Numbered from the stretch's first letter, positions 1-11,272 are shown. The stretch is 64,000 nt of DNA from Octopus sinensis (GCF_006345805.1 NC_042999.1:8308001-8372000), one strand, 5' to 3'. The notes: generated by a model from the sequence alone, not told the origin. Translations and numbers: made by a program.

Positions 1-2657
1 ACCGTTGTCACTTACAACTGTTTGCGGAATTCCGAATTTAGCAAAAGTTTCTTTTAATTTTTTGATTACGGTTTTTGACTGGCAATCATTTATTTCGTGT
101 AGATCAAAAAATCTTGTTGTATAGTCAATAATTGTGACATACGAATTTCCAGACAGGTGAAATACGTCTGTACCCACTTTGGTCCATGGTGTAGTAGGTA
201 TTTCATGATTTATTAGTGGTTCGGCTGCTTGTTGATTTTTGTAGTCAATGCAGTATGAGCATGTGTTAATCATGTCTTTGATTTGAGCGTTAATGCCGGG
301 CCAGTATATACATTCCTTCGCTCTCTCTATGCATTTTTCGATACCCATGTGTCCGGTATGTATTTCCTGTAGAGCTTCTCTACGTAATGACTTAGGTACA
401 ATTATTCTTGAACCTTTTAGAACGAGACCATTGACGATTGATATTTCATCACGAACGGATACGAATGGTTTGATGTTTATTGGTATTTTGTCTTTTGGGG
501 GCCATTCTGTTCTTGTATATGTGACGAGTGTCTGTAGAGACGGGTCGTCTGCAGTGGCTTCTTTATACTCTTTTAATTTAGTGTCGGTTATGGGGTAATT
601 TTTTATTACTGCATGAATGTGCGATTTCATATCTTCGTCTGATACTTCTGGAGTATTTTGCTCAAGGTATGCACGTGATAGGGTATCTGCAACAATTGAT
701 TCTTTACCAGGTATGTGGTTTAGGTCAAAATCATATCTTTGTAATGTTAGTAGAAATCTTTGGATTCTGGGGGGGCATTTAGTGATCGATTTTTTGAATA
801 TTTGCTTCAACGGTTTATGGTCATTTTCGATTCTGAAATGAGTTCCGTATATAAACTGATGAAATTTCTTGCATGCGAAAACTATACTGAGAGCTTCGCT
901 CTCTATCGGACAGTAGTTTTGTTCCGCTTGAGTTGTTGCACGAGATGCAAACGAAACAGGTAGCCATCTTTCGTTGTGTTTCTGCTCAAGTATCGCTCCG
1001 AGCCCATGCTTACTAGCATCTGTAGTTATTTTTATTGGTAGATCTGGATCATAAAATTGTAGCACTGGTTTTCTGGTAATCATTTCTTTTAGCTTTTTTA
1101 TTGCTTCGATTTGTGGTTTGTCGAATGACCATAACGTGTCACTCTGTAGAAGCTGGCGCAATGGTGCTGTGACTTCGGAGTAATTAGATAAAAATTTACA
1201 TAGGTAATTTGTCATACCTAGGAATCTTTGTAATTCTTTTTTACTTGTTGGCAGTGGCATGTGAATGATTGCTTGTACCTTGGTTGGATCTTGTTTTATC
1301 CCTTCGGTTAATATATGCCCAAGGTACTTGATTTGTGATTCATAGAAGATACACTTTGATTTATTTAACTTTAATCCGTGCTTTCGGATTCGATCGAAAA
1401 CTTGTTGTAGTCTATTTGTGTGTTCTTCTAAAGTGTTGGACCAGATTATGATGTCATCCTGTGAATTTCTTGCTCCTTCTATGCCCTCTATTATTTTTGA
1501 AATTTCTTTTTGGAAAACTTCACTGGCGCTGTGAATTCCAAAGGGTAGTCGTGTGAAGCGATACCTTCCAAAAGGTGTGTTGAACGTTAAAAGATGGGAG
1601 CTTTCTTCGTCAACTGGAATTTGCCAGTATCCATTAGATGCATCGAGTTTTGAAAAATATTTAGGGTTATGCATTTGTGCAAAAATGTCCTCCGCTGTAG
1701 GGAGTTTGAAATGTTGCCTTTTTATGGCTTTGTTTAGATTCTTGGGGTCTAAACAGATCGGAGTTTTCCGTTGGCTTTTTCAACGATGACTAGGGAATTT
1801 ACCCAGTCTGTAGGTTCACTAACAGGTTTTATGATATCTAATTCTGTCATTCTTTTTAATTCTTTGTTGAGTTTTTCTTTTATAGAAAAAGGAACCGATC
1901 TTGGTGGATGAATTACAGGAGTTATTTGTGGATCCACTGTGATATGATGTGTTATTGACAAAGTGCCGATTTCTCCGAAACAGTCTTCATATTTTTCTAA
2001 TATGTCGTTTGTGTTCGACGAATTTATTTTTGAAATTCTCTGAATCAGGTTCAGATCTTTAGCTGTCTTTGCATCTATAACTGCGTGCGAGTTTGTTTTT
2101 GCAACAATGAATTTTATTTGCTTTGATAATTCTTTGTATTTAATGACTGCTGTGCATTTTCCTAGCACTTTTATAGCTGTGTTATTATAAGCTGATAATC
2201 GAGTTGAAGTTTTTTGCAGTTGTGGTTTTGGAATTATATTTCTATATTCTCTGAATGGCAGTACGGTTACGTCTGCTCCTGTATCTATTTTGAATGTTAC
2301 ATTCGAGTTGTTCACTTTTAGTTCGACCGTCCAAATGTCTTTTGGAGTCTTGAACTTTTCGATTTTGTGCACGCGGGAATTATTTGCAGTGATCATTTCG
2401 AGTGCATGTGTATCGTCATCTGATTCATCGTCGGTATGTATCTCTACTTTATGTACAAATTTTCTTGATTTGCACATTTTTGCATAGTGTCCTTGTTTCT
2501 TGCATTTTTCACATGTCTTGTGAAATGCTGGGCATTTATTTCTTTTGTGATTATAACCACAATAGTGACAGTTAGTGACGTAGTGTTGACTTGGCGCTTG
2601 AAACTTCGCGGGCTTTCTGTCACTTCCGCCCTGTTCGTTTTGATGTCTGGATTGCAT
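1..2657 (-). pseudogene. pol: pol region (Zn knuckles, PR, RT, RH, IN) with a 1-bp frameshift at about 1757
   Basis: ORF 2657-1749 ends GKLRSV*. Adding one base (CGA[A]TC TGT) restores GKLRICLDPKNLNKAIKRQHFKLPT. The same frame (codon starts divisible by 3) is still in use at the window edge (VVSDNG), and the ORF track lists no stop-terminated ORF in that frame. Confidence 0.92.
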
Positions 2658-3283
2658 ATGGCGGGTATTTGAGTTTTGGCGCCTTTTCTGTCGTGTTGAC
2701 TATATACCCTCGAGATTTCGTTATCTCTTGTTTCGGATGTGGCATTTAGCATCCTTGATTGGAGTCGTGTTTGCTCTGCACTCTGACCTGCTTGAATTGT
2801 TTTTTGTAGGTCTAAATTTGGTTCTCTCAATAATCTTTCTCTTAATCTCATGTCTCTGATTCCACATATCAGAATATCTTTGGTGAGACTGTCTGTGAGG
2901 TTGCCGAATTCGCACTGTTGTGCCTTTTGGCGCAACTCTACTACGTACTCATCGAATTTTTGATGTTCCGCTTGTCCACATGTGAAGAATTTGTGTCTTA
3001 GGAAAGTTATGTTTTTCCTGGGTTCACAATATGCATCGAATTTTTCGATTACTGTCTGAAGGTTCATTTCTTCGTCGGGTGAATCGAAATCCAGTGTGGA
3101 ATGGATATCTCGGCCTTTAGAACCGATGCAAGTTAAAAACATTGAAGTTTTTACTTTGTCTGGCTTCATGTCACTTTCTGTTGCTATCAAAAAGAGATTG
3201 AATTCTTTTTTCCACTTTTTCCATGCTGCGGCTAGATTTTCCTGATTAAAGTCTAGGTCTTTTGGATGCGGTAAATTTTCCAT
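2444..3283 (-). CDS. gag: Retrotransposon Gag; first ATG at 3283; the Zn knuckles lie in the -1 frame from about 2600-2650
   Basis: MENLPHPKDLDFNQENLAAAWKKWKKEFNLF...RHKFFTCGQAEHQKFDEYVVELRQKAQQCEFG...ILICGIRD...LLREPNLDLQKTI. CHYCGYNHKRNKC and CEKCKKQGHYAKMC occur in the overlapping frame. Confidence 0.9.
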   Translation of the reverse strand: MENLPHPKDLDFNQENLAAAWKKWKKEFNLFLIATESDMKPDKVKTSMFLTCIGSKGRDIHSTLDFDSPDEEMNLQTVIEKFDAYCEPRKNITFLRHKFFTCGQAEHQKFDEYVVELRQKAQQCEFGNLTDSLTKDILICGIRDMRLRERLLREPNLDLQKTIQAGQSAEQTRLQSRMLNATSETRDNEISRVYSQHDRKGAKTQIPAICNPDIKTNRAEVTESPRSFKRQVNTTSLTVTIVVIITKEINAQHFTRHVKNARNKDTMQKCANQENLYIK

Positions 3284-3350
3284 TTCGTCTTTGAAGTATG
3301 ATTTCAACTTCTTTTTTCCTTTGGTTTCTGTATTTTGGGTTCTTTTAGTA

Positions 3351-3361
3351 TTCTGACACCA
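3351..3361 (-). promoter_or_regulatory. Primer-binding site TGGTGTCAGAA (complementary to a tRNA-Leu-type 3' end)
   Basis: Immediately follows the LTR-terminal CA on the minus strand and begins with TGG. Confidence 0.85.
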
Positions 3362-3605
3362 TGTTGTTGTTATATATATATAATGTATTGAGTATTAAAG
3401 GAAGTAGTGAGTACTTAGTATGAAAGATTAAGAAAATGAGAGAGACTGAAACAACGTGTTAACGATACAAGATACTTTATTCGACTGCCGTTGTTGTACA
3501 AGTTAATTGTTTTGGCGGGAAACAAAGTGAAAGTCCTTTTATCAAGGGAGACAATGGGCGACGTTGATTGTTCATGTTTGTTGTGATGATTATATAACAG
3601 TCACA
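3362..3605 (-). repeat. 5' LTR (244 bp)
   Basis: TG...CA ends; imperfect terminal inverted repeat TGTTGTTGTTATATA / TGTGACTGTTATATA; AATAAA on minus at 3481-3476; abuts the PBS. Confidence 0.85.
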
Positions 3606-4112
3606 GCACGCTGTCCACTCCTCTCTGGATCATGCCTTTCTCATCCACGTGATCCCAATCGTCCTCTTGAAATCGTCACTCCACCGTCGTGGAGGTCTTC
3701 CGGGTGGTTGTTTCCGCTCGCGCGGGTACCACTCGACAACTGCATGCGTCCACCGATTATCGGTGAGCCGGGCGACGTGTCCAGCCCATCTATACTTGCT
3801 GCGAGTATACTCTGCGATGACATCTCTCACGCCGGACTTCTTCCTGATGATCTCACTATTTATGTGCTCTCTCAACGAAATACCAAGCATTGACCTTTCC
3901 ATGGCTCTTTGAGCCGTTATTAGTCTTTGCTCTTCTCTCTTTGTGGTCGCCCATGTTTCACTACCATATAACATTGTAGGCAGAACTGCACTGTTAATGA
4001 GGTTGGTGCGGTGGTCCTGTCCAACCTTCCTTTGAGCACTTCCCTTATGCCATTGAACGCCTTCCATCCGGCCCTTACTCTCCGTGAGATCTCCTTTTTT
4101 ATATCCCGGGAT
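3606..4112 (-). mobile_element. RTE-clade LINE 3' ORF remnant (5'-truncated, frameshifted), interrupted by the Gypsy LTR
   Basis: DIKKEISRRVRAGWKAF / VLPTMLYGSETWATTK...QRAMERSMLGISLREHI...RWAGHVARLTDNRWT...GRPPRRWSD. Confidence 0.92.
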
Positions 4113-4548
4113 AAAATATATATATATATATATATATACATACACAAACAAATATATATGTATGTACATGTGTATGTTTGTGTGTACGTCATTTCAGAGC
4201 TCCAAGATTCCGTTATGGTACAAAATGCACTTCGGAAACTCCTGTACCTGGTGGAATTGAAGTCCGATCCCTTGTGACAGGTGTACCGACCAATACAGTT
4301 GCTTCTATTCCCCATGTGATAACATTAATAAACCATTTCACTTCAAATGCTTTTAGCTTCCAGTGAGTCTGTCTTTTGTCTTTGACCATCAGTAAATCTC
4401 ATGGATGGTAGTTCCTATTTACTGCAGTTGAACAGCCAAGACTAGGTTTCTGCCTTGGTCAGCTGTAATACGAAACAGTAGGACACGAAATGTGTTTTCC
4501 AGATCTCTGACCGAATAAAACTGTTTCTGTTGGAATTTCTTTCGCTTT

Positions 4549-4952
4549 AGGCGCAGGAGTGGCTGTGTGGTAAGTAGCTTGCTTACCAACCACATGGTTC
4601 CGGGTTCAGTCCCACTGCGTGGCATCTTGGGCAAGTGTCTTCTGCTATAGCCCCGGGCCGACCAATGCCTTGTGAGTGGATTTGGTAGACGGAAACTGAA
4701 AGAAGCCTGTCGTATATATGTATATATATATAAGTGTGTGTGTATATGTTTGTTTGTCTGTGTTTGTCCCCCTAGCATTGCTTGACAACCGATGCTGGTG
4801 TGTTTACGTCCCCGTCACTTAGCGGTTCGGCAAAAGAGACCGATAGAATAAGTACTGGGCTTACAAAGAATAAGTCCCGGGGTCGATTTGCTTGACTAAA
4901 GGCGGTGCTCCAGCATGGCCGCAATCAAATGACTGAAACAAGTAAAAGAGTA
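4549..4952 (+). mobile_element. tRNA-derived SINE, family A (full length)
   Basis: Head aggcgcaggagtggctgtgtggtaag...ggttcagtccc, internal (TA/TG)n, tail ...gactgaaacaagtaaaagag; many copies in the window. Confidence 0.85.
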
Positions 4953-4987
4953 TGTGCTCCATATCATGGAAATTGTAGTTAAGTTAC

Positions 4988-5316
4988 CTGTGCCAGTGAC
5001 ACGTAAAAAGCACCGTCTGGACGTGGCAGATACCAGTGCCGCCTGACTGGCATCCGTGTAGGTGACATGTAAAAGCACCAACCGATCGTGGCCATTTGCC
5101 AGCCTCCTCTGGCACCTATGCCGGTGGCACGTAAAAAACACCCACTACAATCACGGAGTGGTTGGTATTAGGAAGGGCATCCAGCTGTAGAAACACTGCC
5201 AAACCAGACTGGAGCCTGGTGCAGCCTCCATGGCTTCCCAGACCCCAGTCGAACCGTCCAACCCATGCCAGCATGGAAAACGGACGTTAAATGATGATGA
5301 TGATGATGATGATGAT
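4988..5316 (+). mobile_element. SINE-like/LINE-tail repeat, family C, ending in (GAT)n
   Basis: gtggcacgtaaaaagcacc subrepeats, then ggaagggcatccagctgtagaaac...catggaaaacggacgttaaatgatgatgat; at least 11 copies. Confidence 0.8.
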
Positions 5317-5647
5317 ATCAACTTAGTATTGCATGAAAATATATGAAGTAAAATATAAGCGTGCATTTTCTCAAGTTACGAAACTAAAATTATTAATAAA
5401 TAATGAATAAAATTATTAATAAATAATTAATAAAATTATTGATAAATAAAGGCCCCAAACATAGAAGCACAAAAAAAATGAACTTTAGAGAAATAACTGC
5501 ATTGCATTTAGTTGAGCCTATAGTATTGCAGTTTAGAATTTATACCAGTGTTACGAGATGTAGCAATGGACAAAGAATGGCCAAAGAAGATGTGAGATGC
5601 TGGTGGTTTAAGTTCGATCTGAGTTGCATATAATAAACAACACTTTT

Positions 5648-5870
5648 GAATTATTAACAGAATTTTACTTCACCACACGAATATGTTCCATGTTGCTCGT
5701 GAATTGAAAACTGCAACAACAAAGTTTACTCACCGAAAGGACAATTCTGTAGGTCTTAGAAAAAGTTGATTGAAGAAGCTCTGTAAATAAGCTGCTGCCA
5801 AGATAGGAGAAAATATACCATACTGGGTTCATGATTGCAAGGCTAGCTGTTGTCTATTGGCTTGAGGAAG
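5648..5870 (+). repeat. Old unclassified interspersed repeat (family G)
   Basis: attaacagaatttta...aaagtttact...gagaaaatatac recurs, diverged, at 12852-13450 and 14095-14290. Confidence 0.6.
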
Positions 5871-5984
5871 GAGTCATTAGACTGGCTGTTAAAAGCAACA
5901 AAATGAGAGTGTGGTTAGCTTAGCTGCGGCCAACCTCACACTGACATTTGGCGCCCAAAGCATGCCTGTGTTTGTAATCATTAC

Positions 5985-6405
5985 TTATTTCTTTACTACC
6001 CACAAGGGGCTACACACAGAGGGGACAAACAAGGAGAGACGAACGGATTAAGTTGATTACATCGGCCCCAGTGCGTAACTGGTACTTAATTTATCGACCC
6101 CAAAAGGAGATGAAAAGCAAAGTCGACCATGGAGGAATTTGAACTCAGAACATAACGGCAGACGAAATACCTATTTCTTTACTACCCACAAGGGGCTAAA
6201 CACAGAGGGGACAAAGGAGGACAGACAAACAGATTAAGTCTATTACATCGACCCCAGTGCGTAACTGGTACTTAATTTATCGACCCCAAAAGGAGATGAA
6301 AAGCAAAGTCGACCTCTGCGGAATTTGAACTCAGAACATAGCGGTGGACGAAATAACACAAAGCATTTCGCCCGGCGTGCTGACGTTTCTGCCAGCTCGC
6401 CGCCT
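5985..6405 (-). mobile_element. tRNA-derived SINE family B, head-to-tail dimer
   Basis: Two body+tail units joined at 6170/6171; 10-bp TSD taatcattac at 5975-5984 and 6406-6415. Confidence 0.88.
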
Positions 6406-6421
6406 TAATCATTACCAAGAG

Positions 6422-6555
6422 CATCATCGGCATTTTATCGTCCGTCCTCCATGGGTTGGACGGCTAGACAGGAGCTGGGAAAGCCAGGGAACTGCACCAC
6501 TGTCTGCTTTGGCATAGTTTCTACGACTGGATCTCATTCCCAATGGTAACCAGTT
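6422..6555 (-). mobile_element. Family C fragment
   Basis: catcatc...ccatgggttggacgg...ggaaagccagg. Confidence 0.6.
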
Positions 6556-7279
6556 TATGAGCTTGTTAGATGTTCTAACAACTTCTAGAGCAATGCATTA
6601 CGTGATGTCTCGATACTAACTGGCCCATAACTTGGCCGATCACATGAAAAAGCTGTCGCTAAGCCGTGACTTTTAACCTGGCAATTCGTCAATTCGGTTT
6701 TGCATCTGCTACGCTTGATTAACAGTAATTTTCACGAAATATATGTTAGACAAAAGTTTACTTTTTTATCAATATATACTTAAACTGTATTATAATATTC
6801 TACTGTTTTATTAAAAAATATATTTAAAATGATTTGTTTTTAAAGAGAATAAAAATTCAGATGATATTTTTAAAAACATTGTTCATTTTTTTCCATTTGA
6901 TCAATTAACTTTTTCTTCCGCAAACGATTTTGGTTGAGTATACCATGCATATCTTCAAATGTGTAAACAAATACATATACGTACAAATACGTGTGAGCAC
7001 GCACGCAAACACACACACATACATGTAATATATGTATACACACACACATATATATATTTGTGTATGTGTGTGGAGGAAGGGGTTTGCGTGTCTTTGAAGT
7101 TCAATGTAGTTTATTGCAGTGCAAGAATCTGATATTAACTAAATGACGAAACATCAAAGAATTTCGAAAAATATTTTTAAAATGTTCGAATATTGTAACA
7201 GACAACATTAGCTTTGTTGATGGTGTAGGTCGTTTCAATGTTTAATCGTATTGACCGCTGCAATGAAAGGGATAGGTAA

Positions 7280-7289
7280 TCATACAGAC

Positions 7290-7382
<93 letters not shown>

Positions 7383-7528
7383 TGTAGATAGATATGTAGA
7401 TAGACACACACACAGAGACAGATAATAGATAGACAGACTGACAGACAGATAGATAGGTAGACAGCTAAATAGATGTAAAAGCAGGCAGACAGATAGACAG
7501 ACAAAAATAGATAGATAGATAGATAGAT

Positions 7529-7612
<84 letters not shown>
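7280..7612. repeat. (GATA)n/(GACA)n/(GA)n compound microsatellite
   Basis: Direct reading. Confidence 0.95.
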
Positions 7613-7616
<4 letters not shown>

Positions 7617-7980
7617 TGATGGGTGGATAGTAAGGTAGATAAGAAGATGGACAGCTGGTTAAGTGGACAGGGGCAGATGTATTTAGATTAATCAGTTGGT
7701 GAGGGGCAGCTTAGCTTATGAGTTATATCCCTTCTCTACTGAAACATCCATGAAATGGAACATGGGACAAAATGGAATTCCAGTTGAGGGGAGATGTGAG
7801 TGTTTAAAGTATTTAGAGGGAGAATTTAGTTAAACACTTTAGATGGTAAGGGAATATTTAGCTGCTGAAATGACTTCTTTTAGGGGATGCTTTTGGGGCT
7901 TTAGGTGGTGAAGTGCCTTTTCAGTTTTATGAACAATATAGTGGATTGCACTTGAACATTGCAGACGTTCGGAACAGTCA

Positions 7981-8244
7981 CAGGACTATTGTGGGCACTC
8001 TGAGGACTATGATAGGCCCTCCAATGACTATCACGGACCCTCCGAGGACTCTCGCAGGCCCTCCGATGACTCACGCGGGCCCTCTGAGGACTATTGCAAG
8101 CACTCTGTGAACTATGACCCCCCACCCACCCCCCGAGGACTATCACAAGCCCTCCGAGGACTATCATGGGCCCTCTGAGGACAATCGGGAGCCCTTTGAG
8201 AACTATTGAGGGCCCTCAAGGACTATCATTGGCCCTCTCAGGGC
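7981..8244 (+). repeat. Degenerate 21-bp minisatellite, about 12 units (approx. GGGCCCTCYGAGGACTATCAY)
   Basis: The gact(at) anchor recurs at 7984, 8005, 8026, 8047, 8068, 8089, 8110, 8138, 8159, 8180, 8201 and 8221. Confidence 0.85.
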
Positions 8245-8359
8245 TTCCACGAGTGTCTACAAAGACAGAGGCTGTCAATGTTCTTAAATTGATGACTGGC
8301 ACTCCATTACTTACAGCAACAAAAGTTCCAGTTGTTGTGGCCAACAAAATAGCCCCTTT

Positions 8360-8616
8360 GCGAAATTAACGTGTAAGTGGTTGAGCACTCCAGAGACAAG
8401 CATTCTCTTAATGTAGTTCACAGGGAGATTGAGTGTGACACAGAGTGTGACAAGGCTGGACCCTTTTGAATTACTGGTACTACTCCTTTTTTGCCTGCTG
8501 AGTGGACTAGAGTGAAGTGTCTTGATCAAGGATGACACAAGGCCATACTGGTTTTCAAACTCACAACCATAAAGTCATGAACCGAATTCCCTGAACACTG
8601 AGCCACGGGCCTTCAC
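8360..8616 (-). mobile_element. tRNA-derived SINE, family D type
   Basis: Minus head gtgaaggcccgtggctcagtg...; central gtgtc..cttgatcaagacacttcact...ccactcagc block shared with 31980 and 32592. Confidence 0.7.
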
Positions 8617-8767
8617 CATATGCCGATACCAGCATGGAAAGACATTAACCCCGAAGGAGATCCAGTGATCCGACATCTTAGAAAGGAAGAATGAGGCATT
8701 GTGCAGGAACTGTGTGCCATGGACACAACATTATTTACATTCAACGGATATTTGTCCTCATCTTGTT

Positions 8768-9155
8768 AGTTACTCTCTTTTACTTGTTTCAGTCATTTGA
8801 CTGCGGCCATGCTGGAGCACCGCCTTTAGTCGAGCAAATCGACCCAGGACTTATTCTTTGTAAGCCCAGTACTTATTCTATGGGTCTCTTTTGCCGAACC
8901 ACTAAGTGACGGGGACGTAAACCCACCAGCATCGGTTGTCAAGCAATGCTAGGGGGACAAACACAGGCACACAAATATATACACACACATACACATATAT
9001 ATACATATATACGACGGGCTTCTTTCAGTTTCCGTCTACCAAATCCACTCACAAGGCTTTGGTTGGCCCGAGGCTATAGTAGAAGACACTTGCCCAAGAT
9101 GCCACACAGTGGGACTGAACCCGGAACCATGTGGTTGGTAAGCAAGCTACTTACC
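8768..9155 (-). mobile_element. Family A SINE, slightly 5'-truncated
   Basis: Colinear with 4549-4952. Confidence 0.85.
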
Positions 9156-9200
9156 ACACAAAGTTTTGGCTTATATACCCTCCAGCCTTCATCAGATGCC
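9156..9200 (-). ncRNA. Minimal type I hammerhead-like motif (degenerate; GAAA changed to AAAA)
   Basis: Minus reads ggcat CTGATGA a ggctg gagggtatat aagcc AAAA cttt gtgt. Confidence 0.55.
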
Positions 9201-10633
9201 TTGGGGGAAATTTCAAACCTCGGTTCTCATTCCTAAGGTATTTTTCGATGTTATAATAATAATAATAATAATAATAATAATTATTATTATTATTCAGGTC
9301 ACTGCCTGGAATCGAACTCGGAATCTTGGGGTTAGTAGCCCGCACTCTTAACCACTACACCATATACCCATTGTTGTTTAGTTGTTATTTTTTTATTTTT
9401 CTCAATAAGAATCTTTGGTTTCAAACTTCATTCAGAAATTACTTTTATTTTATTATATTTATACTGTTTTTATTATATCCAGTTGGTTCCATAAATAAAA
9501 GTGGAAACTTCCTTCTGTGATTCTGGTATTTTTGTTTTATATAATTTGCTTCAATTAAACAAAAACGAGTAAATTTGGTTTCATATCATTTCTTGTTACC
9601 CTTTGCAAAGCAATTGTTTTTGCCCCTTCAGAATATTCTTCGCAGAAATTTCCTGAGAGGAGTCAGTTAAAAGATTTTCTGAAGCAAAAACTATGATGAA
9701 ATCGCTGAAATATACAAATGAAATAGCTTACGCATGAACATATTGGTATAAGATTTCGAATAAACATCAGAGGCATCTTATATAATAAAATCTAGATTCT
9801 GTGTTAAACGTAATTGAAATGTCACTATGTGTTTGTATCTAATATATATCCTTTATTTTTATATACACCTCACAATCTTCATACATAGGCATCAAAGTAT
9901 GTCTTGGTTCTCTCCAGGAGCATTTAATTTGTTCTTGTTAAATATATATCAATCAGCAGAGGTGTCATGCAGTTTAAATCCATTGGCAGGGCATGCTTGT
10001 TTCAGTTGGGATCTATTTGAATATTTTATCTCATTTTCCAAACCCTGTCAACATTTTATTTGCTACAAAACTATTAGCAGTATATAAGCCATATATTTAA
10101 GCTGCAAAACCGCAGGAAGTCCTAATTAATATGTTTTGATCTTAAGGCTGTATTTCAAAGCAACAGGCTTGTAATTATTTCTTTGCATTCAACTAAATAT
10201 ATTGAATATAAATGTAACTTTTCAAGTTTTCATTCGTTTTTGAAACGAAAGGTTTTAGCACCCTCTCCAACCGATGAAACTCCTTTTAATCGACGGAACT
10301 TAGAAATACATTTCAAACATTTTCGTTTTATCTAAAATTATTATTAGTTCTGAAGAAAAGTGGTGGATAGCAAAAACACGAGGAACTAAATCTTACACAG
10401 CCGCACATAGTTGTGTTCCTTTAACTATCATTTCAAATGCTGTTTGGCTGACATTGTATTTCATCCCGTTGTGAGGCTAATAAAACAACCGACTGTGCTG
10501 TAATATGGGTTATTTATCTTTCAGTGCATATTTGTGAGCTTGCGCTGATGTGAGAAATCAATATTTGGTAGAATTATATTCAGATAGCTAATCATAAGTC
10601 AATATTTACTTTGCCTGCATCGGAGGGAATAAT

Positions 10634-10671
<38 letters not shown>

Positions 10672-10951
10672 GCTGAGTGAATTGTTTGAAATGGAGGTGT
10701 TTGACTTGTGCAGCAAATGCTGCAATTTTCATACACCTTAAATCTAGAACGCTGGGCCCCAGCAATTTCCTCGCTGTATATCGTTGATTTGCAATAGTTA
10801 AAGAGTAATATTAACCATGTCAATCTCAGTAGCCTTGGCGAGATTCTTAAGGTCAAAGGAATTATCCATTTCTCTACATCATTGCAGTAAAATCAAAATG
10901 TTCTCAATTCTAAACCAAAATTCTATGTTCAACAAAATTCCACACAGTTTC

Positions 10952-11272
10952 CATCATCATCATCGTTTAACGTCCACTTTCCATGCTAGCATGGGTTGGA
11001 CGAATGACTGAGGGCTGGTGAACCAGGAGGCTGCACCAGGCTTCAATCTTGATCTGGCAGAGTTTCTACGGCTGGATGCCCTTCCTAACGCCAACCACTC
11101 CGAGAGTGTAATGGGTGCTTTTATGTGCCACTGGCATGGGGCCAGTCAGGCAGTACTGGCAACGACCGCGCTCAAAATCTTTTACACACGCCACTTGCAC
11201 ATGTGCCAGTAAGGCGATGCTGGTAACGATCATGCTCGAATGGTGTCTTTTACGTGCCACTAGCAAGGAGGC
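10952..11272 (-). mobile_element. Family C repeat
   Basis: catcatcatcgtttaacgtcc...ccatgctagcatgggttggacg. Confidence 0.8.

Larger units (their letters stand above)
1..3605 (-). mobile_element. Ty3/Gypsy LTR retrotransposon (Mag/K02A2.6-like), 5' portion; runs off the left edge within integrase
   Basis: Minus-strand order is LTR, PBS, gag, Zn knuckles, protease (FKIDTGADVT), RT (KLDASNGYWQ; SQDD), RNase H (TDASKHGLG; ENDHKPL), integrase HHCC (HTGHMG...CSYC) and core (FGIPQTVVSDNG at 1-36). RT-RH-IN order is Gypsy-type. Confidence 0.96.
8728..9369 (-). mobile_element. Family E element (tRNA-like head, (AAT)n, hammerhead-like motif, tail), interrupted by a family A SINE at 8768-9155
   Basis: Head gggtatatggtgtagtggttaagag...gagttcgattcc (A and B boxes); tail aacaagatgaggacaaatatccg..gtaaataatgt resumes at 8767-8728; colinear with 46427-46643. 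Confidence 0.8.

Noticed and set aside
2580-2660. Programmed -1 ribosomal frameshift between gag and pol
   Set aside because: No canonical slippery heptamer is visible, the shift precedes the gag Zn knuckles, and a second -1 shift in RT points to indels instead.
4178-4420. Complex segment between the RTE remnant and SINE A
   Set aside because: Short ORFs on both strands with no recognisable motif or splice signals; it cannot be assigned.
7981-8244. CRISPR-like array (also considered for 23191-24115)
   Set aside because: There are no unique spacers, the context is eukaryotic and there are no cas genes; these are tandem repeats.
9290-9369. Genuine tRNA genes at SINE heads (also 31980, 46427 and 61149)
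   Set aside because: A and B boxes are present, but no complete cloverleaf or acceptor stem was seen and the heads continue into repeat bodies.
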